In this document: one piece after another, positions 41,792-51,116 of the stretch
Layout: each line of letters opens with the position of its first letter
Numbering within the stretch: the first letter of the stretch is position 1
Assembly: GCF_041911375.1 (NCBI RefSeq)
Contig: NZ_JAYRPA010000074.1
Location: 36,273 to 100,272, forward strand
Length of the DNA: 64,000 nucleotides
DNA from: Brevundimonas sp.
GTDB taxonomy: Bacteria > Pseudomonadota > Alphaproteobacteria > Caulobacterales > Caulobacteraceae
Direction: 5' to 3'
Translations under genes and position numbers: made by a program
The notes under the pieces: model-generated
What the model saw: only the letters and a program-made list of their open reading frames with translations
Database searches by the model: none
What the model was told of the DNA's origin: nothing

Positions 41792-42931
41792 TTAGCCGTC
41801 TTCGGTATAGAACAGCAAGGTGAAGGCCGCGAGCGCCGTAAGGATCGGGGGCAGCCATGCGGCCACAAAGGCCGGCGCCACTTCGGCTGATCCCATGGCC
41901 GCCGAGAACTGGTTCAGGAAGAAGAAGGCGAAGCCCAGCACGACCGCCGCCACGCTCATCCGCGCCATGTCGCCCAGCCGCATCAGCCGCAGCGAAAAAG
42001 CCGCCGCCAGGATGGACATGGCCGCGAACACCAGCGGCGTCGCCAGCAGTTGCTGGAAGCGAAGCCGATAGGCCGTCGAGCTGAAGCCGGCGTTCTCGAT
42101 GCGCTGGATCTGGTTCGGCAGCGACCAGAAGGGGGTGGACTGCGGTCGGGCGAAGCGTTCGAACGCCTCCTCGTCGGCCAGGCTGGAGGGCAGGTCCAGG
42201 GTCGAATAGGTCACCGCCCGCTGGCCCACCGTGGCGCCCGTGGCGTTCTCCAGCCGCCAGCGCCCCGCGCTCAGCGCCGCCGACTCGGCGTCGATCCGCT
42301 CGGAGAAGGTGCGCCCCCCGCCGGTCTGGGTGGTGTAGATGAAGAAGGTGACGTCCCTCAGGCGGGCGTTGGCGCGGTCCTGGCGCCCGGCGCGGATGAT
42401 CATCTGGCGCTGGTCGTCTCCCTCGCGCAGCCAGATCGCTTCGGGCGGCCCGACGCCGGGGGCGGCGCCGGAAATGCGCGCGCGCTCGCGTTGCCACAGG
42501 CCGTCGCCGGCCGACGCCATGGGCCCCAGCACGGTGACGGTCAGCACGCCCAGCAGGAAGGCCATGCCCGCCGATGGCAGCACGAAACGCCAGGCCGAGA
42601 CCCCCGCCGCCCGCATGGCGATCAACTCGCTGCGTCGGTTCAGCCCGATGTAGGCGCCCAGCGTTCCGAACAGGAAGACGAACGGGAACAGCTGCACAAT
42701 GACCGCCGGCGACTTCACCAGCACCAGGCTGAAGATGCGCACGGCCGACAGGTCCTGGTTGGAGCCGACGCCGCGCGACACCTCGACGAAGTCGATCAGC
42801 ATCACCAGGGCCGAGATGACGACCAGGGCGGTGGCCAGCGAGCGCAGTTGCTGGGTCAGCACATAACGCTCGATACGGCCGATGCGCGGCAGGCCGGACG
42901 GCAACGACAGGGAAGGCAGGGCCATGGTCAT
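41792..42931 (-). CDS. lptG: LPS export ABC permease LptG
   Basis: Inner part of ORF 41792..44008. The start MTMALPSLSLPSGLPRIGRIERYVL at 42931 is in frame, with an ATGA overlap with the lptF stop. YjgP/YjgQ permease pattern. Confidence 0.88.
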   Translation of the reverse strand: MTMALPSLSLPSGLPRIGRIERYVLTQQLRSLATALVVISALVMLIDFVEVSRGVGSNQDLSAVRIFSLVLVKSPAVIVQLFPFVFLFGTLGAYIGLNRRSELIAMRAAGVSAWRFVLPSAGMAFLLGVLTVTVLGPMASAGDGLWQRERARISGAAPGVGPPEAIWLREGDDQRQMIIRAGRQDRANARLRDVTFFIYTTQTGGGRTFSERIDAESAALSAGRWRLENATGATVGQRAVTYSTLDLPSSLADEEAFERFARPQSTPFWSLPNQIQRIENAGFSSTAYRLRFQQLLATPLVFAAMSILAAAFSLRLMRLGDMARMSVAAVVLGFAFFFLNQFSAAMGSAEVAPAFVAAWLPPILTALAAFTLLFYTEDG

Positions 42932-44064
42932 GCGAACCTCGCCTTCAGGCGCCGGGCGGCGGGGCGAAGTCGGCTCTTGCGCGGCTTGAGCGCGCGGAAC
43001 AGCACGCGCATGGCGATGGCCAGCGCGATCAGGGGCGCAGCGTACTGCAGCACGTTCATCCATCCGTTCCAGGCGCTGGCCGCGACCAGGCCGTAGCCGA
43101 TGACCCGCGCCAGCAGAAAGAACCCGGCCGCCTTGGCGATCCGCCAGCTGTAGCCGCTGCGGCTGAAGGCTCCGCCCAGGATGGCCGCCAGCGCCATGGC
43201 CATGGCCACCAGAACATAGAGCGGCGACGACAGTCTCGAATGGGCCTCGGCCAAAAGTTCGCCGCGAGAGCCGGCGCTTTCGAGGATCCGCGGGGACGGA
43301 TTGAGCAGCTGGCGCATGTAGAGGTCCGCCGGCTTGTAGCGGATCGTCTCCGCCACATCGGCGAACGGGGCCAGCGGGAAATCGTAGCGCCGGAACGACA
43401 GGGTCTCCAGGACGCCGTTGGAGGAATAGCGCTGGGCCGAGCCGTCGAGCATCGTCAGGATCGGCTGACCGGCGGCGTCGCGGCCGAAACGCGCCTCGCC
43501 TGCGTTCCAGGTCGTCACCTCGTCGCCGTCGACCAGATAGACGAACAGGTTCACCAGAAGGCCGCTCTGCTCGATCTGCTGGACATAGACGGTCAGCCCG
43601 TTGGGGCCCTGGACGAACTGGCCCTCCTCGACCAGCAGGGCGGCCAGGTCGGTGCGGATGGCGAAGGCCTGGCGACGGACCTCGTGCTGGGCCCAAGGCA
43701 GCATGAAAAGATTGATGAAAAGCGCCAGGATGGCGACCAGCAGGGCCAGCCGAGCCGTGGGCGCGATCACCTGCCAGCGCGTCATGCCGCCCGCGAACGC
43801 CGCCGTCATCTCCTGTTCGCGCTGCAGCCGCGTCAGGGCGATCAAGGCGCCGATGAACAGGCCGATGGGCAGGATGACCGCCAGCAACTGCGGCAGGGCC
43901 AGCAGCGTCAGCTTGATCATCACCCACACGCTCTGGCCGCGTTCGACGATGACTTCCAGTTGGTCCAGACTCTGGCTCAGAATCCCGATTCCGGCCAGCG
44001 CGGCGCACGCCGCGACCACGGGCAGGGATATCTGGCGAAAAAGGTAGCGTTGAATCAGAGTCAT
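42928..44064 (-). CDS. lptF: LPS export ABC permease LptF
   Basis: ORF 42928..44142, with the start MTLIQRYLFRQISLPVV chosen at 44064. YjgP/YjgQ family, divergent from pepA as in E. coli. Confidence 0.88.
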   Translation of the reverse strand: MTLIQRYLFRQISLPVVAACAALAGIGILSQSLDQLEVIVERGQSVWVMIKLTLLALPQLLAVILPIGLFIGALIALTRLQREQEMTAAFAGGMTRWQVIAPTARLALLVAILALFINLFMLPWAQHEVRRQAFAIRTDLAALLVEEGQFVQGPNGLTVYVQQIEQSGLLVNLFVYLVDGDEVTTWNAGEARFGRDAAGQPILTMLDGSAQRYSSNGVLETLSFRRYDFPLAPFADVAETIRYKPADLYMRQLLNPSPRILESAGSRGELLAEAHSRLSSPLYVLVAMAMALAAILGGAFSRSGYSWRIAKAAGFFLLARVIGYGLVAASAWNGWMNVLQYAAPLIALAIAMRVLFRALKPRKSRLRPAARRLKARFA

Positions 44065-44204
44065 GGGCGGTGAGATTTCGCCCGGTTGCAGGCGGCGATA
44101 TTGAGGCGCATTTAGTAGCACATCGGGGCGCGTCGGCGACAAGCGGACGCGCCGTTGTGTTTTTTCAAGCTGACGCCAGGTGGGGCCTGGCCGGAGTCCG
44201 TTGA

Positions 44205-45680
44205 ATGAAGATCGAATTCGCCGCCGCCGCCGGAAACGCCGAAGTCCTCGCCGTGCTGGTCCACGAGGATCGCGCGCTCGCCGGCGCCGCGCCCGGTCTG
44301 GATCAATCGGCGGGCGGCGCCCTGACCAAGGCGCTGTCCAAGAGCCGCATGACGGGCAAGATCGGTCAGAGCCTGGTCGTCGCCGCCCCTTCGGGCGTCG
44401 AGGCCGACAGCGTGCTCCTGGTCGGCGCGGGCGCGGCCGACGCCTTCGACGACCTGGCCATCGAGGGCGTGGGCGGCGGCGCCTATGCGGCGGTCAAGGC
44501 TTCGGGCGCCGAGGTCCTGACGATCGACGCCTCGCACCTGTCGCCGGAACAGGCCGCGCGCATCGGCTTCGCCGCACGCCTGGCGGCCTATCGCTTCGAC
44601 AAGTATCGGACGACCGAGAAGGCCGACAAGAAGCCTTCGGTCCAGACGGTGCGCGTCGTCACCACCGACATCCGCGCCGCCGACGCCGCCTATGAGGGCC
44701 TGTCCGCCGTGGCCGACGGCGTGATCTTCGCCCGCGACCTGGTGTCCGAGCCCGCCAACGTCCTGTATCCGGCCGAGTTCGCGCGCCGCGTGAAGGAGAT
44801 GGAGCGTCTGGGCCTCAAGGTCGAGATCCTGGGCGAGGCCGAGATGGAGAAGCTGGGCATGAACACCCTGCTCGCCGTCGGTCAGGGCAGCCGCCGCGAA
44901 AGCCAGCTGGCGGTGATCCAGTGGAACGGCGGCGCGGCCGGCGAACAGCCGATCGCCTTCGTCGGCAAGGGCGTCTGCTTCGACACCGGCGGCATCTCCA
45001 TCAAGCCCGCCGAGGGCATGGAGGACATGAAGTGGGACATGGGCGGCGCCGCCGCCGTGGCCGGAACCATGATGGCGCTGGCCGGCCGCAAGGCGAAGGT
45101 GAACGCCGTGGGCGTGCTGGGCCTGGTCGAGAACATGCCTGACGGCAACGCCCAGCGTCCCGGCGACGTGGTCGTGTCCATGTCCGGCCAGACCGTCGAG
45201 GTCATCAACACCGACGCCGAAGGCCGCCTCGTCCTGGCTGACGCCCTCTGGTACACGCAAGACCGCTTCAAGCCGAAGTTCATGATCGACCTGGCCACCC
45301 TGACGGGCGCCATGATCGTGGCGCTGGGGCTCGACTATGCCGGCATCTTCTCCAACTCCGACGAGGTGTCGGCTGACATCCTGGAGGCGTCCAGGAAGGT
45401 CGGCGAGAACTTCTGGCGGATGCCGATCCCGGACATCTACAACCAGCACATCGAGTCCAAGATCGCGGACCTGAAGAACATGGGCAACGGCCGCGCCGGC
45501 GGCTCCATCACCGCCGCCCTGTTCCTGCAGAAGTTCACCAACGGCGTGCCGTGGGCGCACCTGGACATCGCCCCCACCGCCTGGGCCAACAAGAGCCCCA
45601 GCCCGACCGTCCCTGAAGGCGGCGTCGGCTTCGCCGTCCGCACCCTCGACCGGATGGTGGCGGACAAGTACGAAGGTTGA
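44205..45680 (+). CDS. pepA: Leucyl aminopeptidase (M17)
   Basis: ORF 44205..45680 has VGKGVCFDTGGISIKP and the M17 signature NTDAEGRLVLAD. Confidence 0.93.
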   Translation: MKIEFAAAAGNAEVLAVLVHEDRALAGAAPGLDQSAGGALTKALSKSRMTGKIGQSLVVAAPSGVEADSVLLVGAGAADAFDDLAIEGVGGGAYAAVKASGAEVLTIDASHLSPEQAARIGFAARLAAYRFDKYRTTEKADKKPSVQTVRVVTTDIRAADAAYEGLSAVADGVIFARDLVSEPANVLYPAEFARRVKEMERLGLKVEILGEAEMEKLGMNTLLAVGQGSRRESQLAVIQWNGGAAGEQPIAFVGKGVCFDTGGISIKPAEGMEDMKWDMGGAAAVAGTMMALAGRKAKVNAVGVLGLVENMPDGNAQRPGDVVVSMSGQTVEVINTDAEGRLVLADALWYTQDRFKPKFMIDLATLTGAMIVALGLDYAGIFSNSDEVSADILEASRKVGENFWRMPIPDIYNQHIESKIADLKNMGNGRAGGSITAALFLQKFTNGVPWAHLDIAPTAWANKSPSPTVPEGGVGFAVRTLDRMVADKYEG

Positions 45681-45702
45681 GTGTTTCTGGGAGGTAGGCC
45701 GG

Positions 45703-46161
45703 GTGAGCGAGAAGCCCGAAATCTGGTTCTACCACCTGGAGCGTTCGTCGCTGGAACAGGTGCTGCCGACCCTGCTCGAGAAGACTCTCGAGCGGGGCTG
45801 GCGCGCGCTGGTCAAGGCGTCGGCGGAGCATCGGCTGGACGACGTCGACGAGAAGCTCTGGACCTATCGCGAAGACAGTTTCCTGCCCCACGGCCGGGCA
45901 GGAACGCCGCACGCTGAACGCCAGCCGGTGCTTCTGAGCGAGACGGGCGAGAACCTGAACGGCGCTCAGGCGCTGTTCATCCTCGACGACGCAGAACTGG
46001 GCGCCACGGAAGGGTTCGAACGATGCTTCATCATTTTCGACGGTCGGGACGAGCCGGCCCTGCAGCAGGCGCGCAGCCGCTGGAAGGCGCTGAAGGATCA
46101 GGGCGCGGACCTGGCCTATTGGCGGCAGACCGACGAGGGGCGCTGGGAAAGGGCGGCCTGA
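45703..46161 (+). CDS. holC: DNA polymerase III chi subunit
   Basis: ORF 45703..46161 (GTG start) begins FYHLERSSLEQVLPTLLEKTLERGWRALV. It lies immediately downstream of pepA, a conserved pairing. Confidence 0.85.
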   Translation: MSEKPEIWFYHLERSSLEQVLPTLLEKTLERGWRALVKASAEHRLDDVDEKLWTYREDSFLPHGRAGTPHAERQPVLLSETGENLNGAQALFILDDAELGATEGFERCFIIFDGRDEPALQQARSRWKALKDQGADLAYWRQTDEGRWERAA

Positions 46162-46487
46162 TCATCCTGGCCGGCGCGGCCCTGCTGGCCGCCTGTTCGT
46201 CCACGCCCGCCGCCGATGAAACCGCGCCGCGCACGGTCGAAAAGGCCCAGCTGACGCCGCCAGTCGGCAGCCGAATGCCCACCGCCCAGACCGCCGACCT
46301 CTGCAAGGCGGGCGAGATGCAATACTTGGTCGGGAAACCGCGCACCGAGATTCCCGTTCCAGTCGATGTGGTGAACCGGCGCGTGACCTGCACGGCCTGC
46401 GCCATCACCGAAGAGTTCTCGGCCTATCGGCTGAACATCTTCTACGACCGGGAAACCGGCATCATCGAACAGGTACGCTGCGGCTGA
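46119..46487 (+). CDS. I78-family peptidase-inhibitor-like small lipoprotein (start uncertain)
   Basis: The tail of ORF 46023..46487. A candidate TTG start at 46119 gives (M)AADRRGALGKGGLIILAGAALLAACSS (lipobox LAAC). The C-terminal domain is CKAGEMQYLVGKPRTEIP...RRVTCTACAITEEFSAYRLNIFYDRETGIIEQVRCG. Confidence 0.65.
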   Translation: MAADRRGALGKGGLIILAGAALLAACSSTPAADETAPRTVEKAQLTPPVGSRMPTAQTADLCKAGEMQYLVGKPRTEIPVPVDVVNRRVTCTACAITEEFSAYRLNIFYDRETGIIEQVRCG

Positions 46488-46511
46488 CGCGGCGTAGGAG
46501 AGGAGACGACC

Positions 46512-46817
46512 ATGAAGACCGCTTTCGTTCTGGCTTCCCTGATGGCCGCCGGCCTCGCCCTGTCGGCCTGTGCGCCGGTGGAGGGCGGCGAAGCGACGCC
46601 GACCCCCGGTTCGGACACCGCGTTCAAGGCGTGCAAGGTCGAGGATTACCAAAGCTACGTCGGCCGCAACCGATCGACCATCCCGGCTGCGCCGGAAGGG
46701 CAGACCTTCCGCGTTCTGTGCACCACCTGCGTGGCGACCATGGACTATCGCGAGAACCGGGTGAACTTCGTCTACGAGGAATCCAGCGGCGTGATCCGCG
46801 AGGTGAAGTGCGGCTGA
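46512..46817 (+). CDS. I78-family peptidase-inhibitor-like small lipoprotein
   Basis: ORF 46512..46817 starts MKTAFVLASLMAAGLALSAC (lipobox). The domain is CKVEDYQSYVGRNRSTIP...FRVLCTTCVATMDYRENRVNFVYEESSGVIREVKCG. It is a tandem paralog of the preceding gene. Confidence 0.75.
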   Translation: MKTAFVLASLMAAGLALSACAPVEGGEATPTPGSDTAFKACKVEDYQSYVGRNRSTIPAAPEGQTFRVLCTTCVATMDYRENRVNFVYEESSGVIREVKCG

Positions 46818-46820
46818 CGC

Positions 46821-47747
46821 TTAGCGGCCGGCCGTGTCCCCGGGCCACAGCGGCGCGCTGAACCGCCGGGCCAGGAAGTCCATCAGGGCCGTGACCCGCG
46901 CCGGGCGCGGCCCGCTGCTGGGCGCCACCAGGTGCAGGGCGATCGGGGGCAGGCGCCAGTCGGTCATGACCGGCTCCAGCCGACCCTCGGCCACATCCTT
47001 CCAGCAGATGAAGTCGGGCAGGGGGCTGAGCCCCAGCCCCGCGCACAGCGAAGGGATCAGGGCGTCGGAGTTGTTGGCCCTCAGCGGCCCCGCCGGGCGC
47101 ACCGCGACCTCCTCGCCCGCGTCATTGACGAAGCGCCACACGTCCGGCGTCGGCATATAGGCGTAGCCCAGGCAGGCGTGGCGCTTCAGGTCGTCCGGGT
47201 GGGTGGGCCGTCCGCGCTGAGCCAGATAGTCAGGCGAGGCCACCACGAACCGCTCCACCGGCCGCAGTCGGCGCGCCGTCAGCGAGGAGTCCGCCAGGGC
47301 GGCGATCCTCAGCGCGCAGTCGAATCCGCCTCCGACCAGGTCGATCACCTCGTCCGACAGGTGCAGGTCGACGGAAACGTCCGGATGCCGGGCTAGGAAG
47401 TCAGGCAGGGCCGGCGCGACATAACCCATGCCGAACGACATCGGCGCCGCCAGCCGCACCAGTCCGCGCGGCGTCACCGACATGTCCAGCGCCTCGCTGA
47501 CCGCCCCTTCCGCCTCGGCCAGCATATGGGCCGCCCGGCCCACCAGGGTTCGCCCCGCATCGGTCAGGGCGAAGCGGCGCGAGGTGCGGTGCAGCAGGGT
47601 GGTCCTCAGCTGCTGCTCCAGACGGGTCACCGCCTTGGACACCGTCGCCTTCGACAGGCCCAGCGCCTCGGCCGCGCCGGAGAAGGACTGGGCTTCCGAC
47701 ACCTTGGCGAAAATGGCCAGGGCCTCGAGGTCGGGCAGGCGCGTCAT
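46821..47747 (-). CDS. LysR-family transcriptional regulator
   Basis: ORF 46821..47747 has the HTH region FSGAAEALGLSKATVSKAVTRLEQQL. It is divergent from the pirin gene. Confidence 0.9.
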   Translation of the reverse strand: MTRLPDLEALAIFAKVSEAQSFSGAAEALGLSKATVSKAVTRLEQQLRTTLLHRTSRRFALTDAGRTLVGRAAHMLAEAEGAVSEALDMSVTPRGLVRLAAPMSFGMGYVAPALPDFLARHPDVSVDLHLSDEVIDLVGGGFDCALRIAALADSSLTARRLRPVERFVVASPDYLAQRGRPTHPDDLKRHACLGYAYMPTPDVWRFVNDAGEEVAVRPAGPLRANNSDALIPSLCAGLGLSPLPDFICWKDVAEGRLEPVMTDWRLPPIALHLVAPSSGPRPARVTALMDFLARRFSAPLWPGDTAGR

Positions 47748-47861
47748 GGTTTCTCCTGGAAACGATGAGTTTCAGCCGTTTCTATTTCTGAACCGAAGCG
47801 GATCGCTATCTTGGCGTCAAGCAGAGGCGTCGGACGGGTCCGGCGCGAAAGGAACACTCCG

Positions 47862-48560
47862 ATGATCGAGCGCAGACCGTTCGAATCCCTGGGCGGCGCC
47901 AACCACGGCTGGTTGAACGCTAAGCACCATTTCTCCTTCGCCAACTACTACGATCCCAAGCGGATGAGCTGGGGCAATCTGCGCGTCTGGAACGACGACG
48001 AGATCGCCGCCGGCACGGGCTTTCCGCCGCACCCTCACGCCGACATGGAGATCATCACCTACGTCCGCGACGGGGCCATCACCCACGAGGACAGCCTGGG
48101 CAACAAGGGCCGCACCGTGGCCGGCGACGTCCAGGTGATGAGCGCGGGCACCGGCATCCGCCACGCCGAATACAACGTCGAGCCGGACACGACCCGCATC
48201 TTCCAGATCTGGATCGAGCCGACCAAGCGCGGCGAGGCGCCCAGCTGGGGCTCCAAGCCCTTTCCCAAGGGGGAGCGGTCGGGCCAGTTCGTGGTCCTGG
48301 CCTCGGGCTTTGACGGCGACGCCGAGGCCCTGCCGATCCGCACCGACGCGCGGGTCGTGGCGGCGACGCTCAAGGCCGGCGACAGCGCCGACTATCCGCT
48401 GGGCGCCGCGCGGCGCGCCTATCTGGTGCCCGCCAAGGGCGAGGTCGAGGTCAATGGCGTGAAGCTGAACGCCCGCGACGGCGCCGCCATCGCCCAGGAG
48501 GACGTCGTCACCGTCAAGGCGCTGTCGGACGCCGAGATCGTCCTGGTGGACGCGGCCTGA
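47862..48560 (+). CDS. Pirin-family protein
   Basis: In frame within ORF 47811..48560, starting MIERRPFESLGGANHGWLNAKHHFSF. It has the cupin metal site GFPPHPHADMEIITYV. Confidence 0.9.
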   Translation: MIERRPFESLGGANHGWLNAKHHFSFANYYDPKRMSWGNLRVWNDDEIAAGTGFPPHPHADMEIITYVRDGAITHEDSLGNKGRTVAGDVQVMSAGTGIRHAEYNVEPDTTRIFQIWIEPTKRGEAPSWGSKPFPKGERSGQFVVLASGFDGDAEALPIRTDARVVAATLKAGDSADYPLGAARRAYLVPAKGEVEVNGVKLNARDGAAIAQEDVVTVKALSDAEIVLVDAA

Positions 48561-48647
48561 GTTTTGGGATCAACCTGCCCGGTCAAGCTTGGCTTGGCCG
48601 GGCGACCCCCAGTGGGCGGCCGCTGAACGGGGTAGGAGACATAAACC

Positions 48648-49031
48648 ATGGCTAAATCGGTCAGCGGCTGGTCGCCGCGCGCCCTGGCGGCCCTGCGCAT
48701 CGCCGCGGGCCTGCTGTTCCTGGCCCACGGGGTCGTCAAGCTGTTCGGCTTTCCCGAAGGCGCTCAGCCCGGCGAGGTCGAGATCGCCTCGCTGTTCGGC
48801 GTCGGCGCGATCATCGAACTGGTGACCGGCGTCCTGCTGGTCCTGGGCCTGTTCACCCGTCCGGCCGCCTTCATCGCCTCCGGCCAGATGGCGGTCGCCT
48901 ACTGGATGTTCCACTTCCCCAGCAGCCCCTATCCGGCGGCGAACGGCGGGGACGCGGCCATCCTGTTCTGTTTCGTCTTCCTGTACATCTTCGCCGCCGG
49001 CCCCGGCGCGTGGAGCCTGGACAAGCGCTGA
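48648..49031 (+). CDS. DoxX-family membrane protein
   Basis: ORF 48648..49031 has ALRIAAGLLFLAHGVVKLFGFP and four hydrophobic segments. Confidence 0.8.
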   Translation: MAKSVSGWSPRALAALRIAAGLLFLAHGVVKLFGFPEGAQPGEVEIASLFGVGAIIELVTGVLLVLGLFTRPAAFIASGQMAVAYWMFHFPSSPYPAANGGDAAILFCFVFLYIFAAGPGAWSLDKR

Positions 49032-49039
49032 CGTCTCCG

Positions 49040-49067
49040 CGCCTCCCCTCGCCAACGAGGGGAGGCG
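49040..49067. terminator. Perfect 12-bp hairpin between convergent genes (possible bidirectional terminator)
   Basis: CGCCTCCCCTCG (49040-49051), loop CCAA, CGAGGGGAGGCG (49056-49067). Only weak T-tracts on either strand. Confidence 0.55.
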
Positions 49068-49074
49068 TCTTCGC

Positions 49075-51048
49075 CTATCGCCGCCTGGGGGCATAGATGT
49101 CGGCCAGACGGTCGCGGGTTCCCTCGATCCGCTCCAGCCGCGGATAGCGAAGGCCCTCGTGGTAGTCGAAGGCGACGGTCCGGAAGCGATCACCCGTCTT
49201 CACCAGCAGTTCGATCGGCGCGTTTGTCCCCTTGGCGGCCGTCACCGCCTCGCGCAGGACTTCGGCCGAGGCCGCCTCGCCGTTCACCGCCACCAGGGTC
49301 CAGCCGGCGCCGATCCCCTGGTCGAAGGCCGGGCTGCCCCAGCGCACGTTGGCGATCCTGTCGCCCGACAGGGTGAAGCCCAGCGAATACTGGAAGTCGT
49401 TGGCCCAGCCGCTCTGCACCGCCTTTTCGGTCGTGTTCAGGTCGTCCGTATAGGTCAGCCGGTATCCGGCCCGCTCGATCCCGGCCAGCGGCGCGATCGC
49501 CTCCGGCCCCGCCGCGTCCAGCCGCTCGCGCAGGAAGCCGGCCCAGTCGTGAGGATGCACGGCGTTCAGCGCCGCGACCACGTCCTCGAAGGTGTAGCCC
49601 TGCGGCGTCCACGAACCGTCGTTGTGGCCGAAGAAGGCCTTGGCGAAATCGTCCAACGAGCGGCGGTTGTTCGTCGCCTCGCGGATCAGGGTGTCGGCGT
49701 CCAGCCAGACCAGCAGGCTCTCACGGTAATAGTCGCCGGTGCCCCGCATCCACGAGGTCCACTGGCCCGGGACGCGATAGCCCAGCAGATTGTGGTTGTT
49801 GGTGTCCTGCAGAGGCCGCCACTCTCGGCCCGGCTGGTTGTCGTAGAAGGCGGCGATGGTGGCCAGCAGCGCCCGCGCCTCGTCCATGGGATGCAGGCCC
49901 GACCGCGCCGCCAGCACGTCGCCCCAGTATTCGGTCTGGCCCTCATAGACCCACAGCAGGGTGTTCTGGGTCGGGACGTTGTGGTTGGCGGTCAGCTCGT
50001 CGGCCGGCCGCATGAACTTGCCGTTCCATGAGTGGGTGTATTCGTGCGGCAGCAGGGCGCGGTCGCCGGCGCTCTTGTTCCAGGCGCTGAAAAAGTCCGG
50101 CGCCGAGGTGTTCTCGGAACTGCGATGGTGCTCCAGGCCGATGCCGCCCATCTGATCAGTCAGGCCGAACAGAAATTCGTAACTGTCGAAATGGCGCGCG
50201 CCGAACAGCCGGTCGGTCTGGGTCACCATGTTCTCATAGAAGCCCAGTTGCTCGGCGGTGGGCTGGATGTTCTTCGCCTCGTCGCCGAACAGGTTCAGCC
50301 AGACATCGTCGCCACTGGGATCGATGTCGATCCGCCGATGGTGCGCGCCCGCGAACAGGGGGCTGTCGATCAGGGTGTAGAGGTCGGTCTGGGCGAAGCT
50401 GACCCACTGGCCGTCCGTGCCCGTCGCCTGCAGCGCCACGCCGTGGCTCCAGCCCTCCGGCAGGCGGATCGACGGCGCCACCGCGATGCGATTGGCGAAA
50501 TAGCCGGCGGGATAGAGGATGGCCTTCTCCCACTGCATGTTCAGCATCGACGGCGCCTGCACCACCCGCCACTGTCCCGGCGGCTGGGTCAGCCATTGGA
50601 AGCGCACATCGACGGCCGAGACGCCGGCCGGCACGTCCAGATGGAAGGCGTAGGGATCCAGGGTGTCGCGCACCCACTCGATCCGCTGGCCGTTCGCCGT
50701 CACCGTCAGGCCCGAGAGCAGTTGCACCGGCCCGGTGGCGGCGTGGTTGCCGGGCAGATACTTCGGATAGAGCAGCGTCAGCGGCCCGGCCTGGGCGACA
50801 GGGATGGTCTGCTCGACCTGGATGATGCGGCGATCCAGATCGGTGACATCGGCGCGGTACTGGATCACGCCGGGATAGGGCCGGTCCACCGGCGCCGGGA
50901 TGGCCGGCTGCGGCCGGGGCAGGGCCAGGGCGGCCTGGGACGGGTCCGTCACCACCGGCGTGGACTGGAAGGTCTGCGCCAGAACCGGCGAGGCGGCGCC
51001 GCAGAGCAGGGCGGCGAGGCAGGCGGCGGTCAGGCGTGTACGCGACAT
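49075..51048 (-). CDS. M61 glycyl-aminopeptidase-family metallopeptidase with C-terminal PDZ domain, secreted/periplasmic
   Basis: ORF 49075..51081, with the start MSRTRLTAACLAALLCGAASPVLAQ chosen at 51048. It has the zinc motif HEYTHSWNGKFMRP and a PDZ-like segment GIGAGWTLVAVNGE. Confidence 0.85.
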   Translation of the reverse strand: MSRTRLTAACLAALLCGAASPVLAQTFQSTPVVTDPSQAALALPRPQPAIPAPVDRPYPGVIQYRADVTDLDRRIIQVEQTIPVAQAGPLTLLYPKYLPGNHAATGPVQLLSGLTVTANGQRIEWVRDTLDPYAFHLDVPAGVSAVDVRFQWLTQPPGQWRVVQAPSMLNMQWEKAILYPAGYFANRIAVAPSIRLPEGWSHGVALQATGTDGQWVSFAQTDLYTLIDSPLFAGAHHRRIDIDPSGDDVWLNLFGDEAKNIQPTAEQLGFYENMVTQTDRLFGARHFDSYEFLFGLTDQMGGIGLEHHRSSENTSAPDFFSAWNKSAGDRALLPHEYTHSWNGKFMRPADELTANHNVPTQNTLLWVYEGQTEYWGDVLAARSGLHPMDEARALLATIAAFYDNQPGREWRPLQDTNNHNLLGYRVPGQWTSWMRGTGDYYRESLLVWLDADTLIREATNNRRSLDDFAKAFFGHNDGSWTPQGYTFEDVVAALNAVHPHDWAGFLRERLDAAGPEAIAPLAGIERAGYRLTYTDDLNTTEKAVQSGWANDFQYSLGFTLSGDRIANVRWGSPAFDQGIGAGWTLVAVNGEAASAEVLREAVTAAKGTNAPIELLVKTGDRFRTVAFDYHEGLRYPRLERIEGTRDRLADIYAPRRR

Positions 51049-51116
51049 CGAGGCATCCGGACTGAAAAGGAGGAGGCGCAACCTCGACCGCGCGCCTCCC
51101 CTTCGTCAACCCGCGG

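Noticed and set aside
46023-46118. ATG at 46023 as the start of the first I78-like gene.
   Set aside because: It would add about 40 Arg/Gly-rich residues and overlap holC by 139 nt. The TTG at 46119 gives a normal lipoprotein signal. The start nevertheless remains uncertain.
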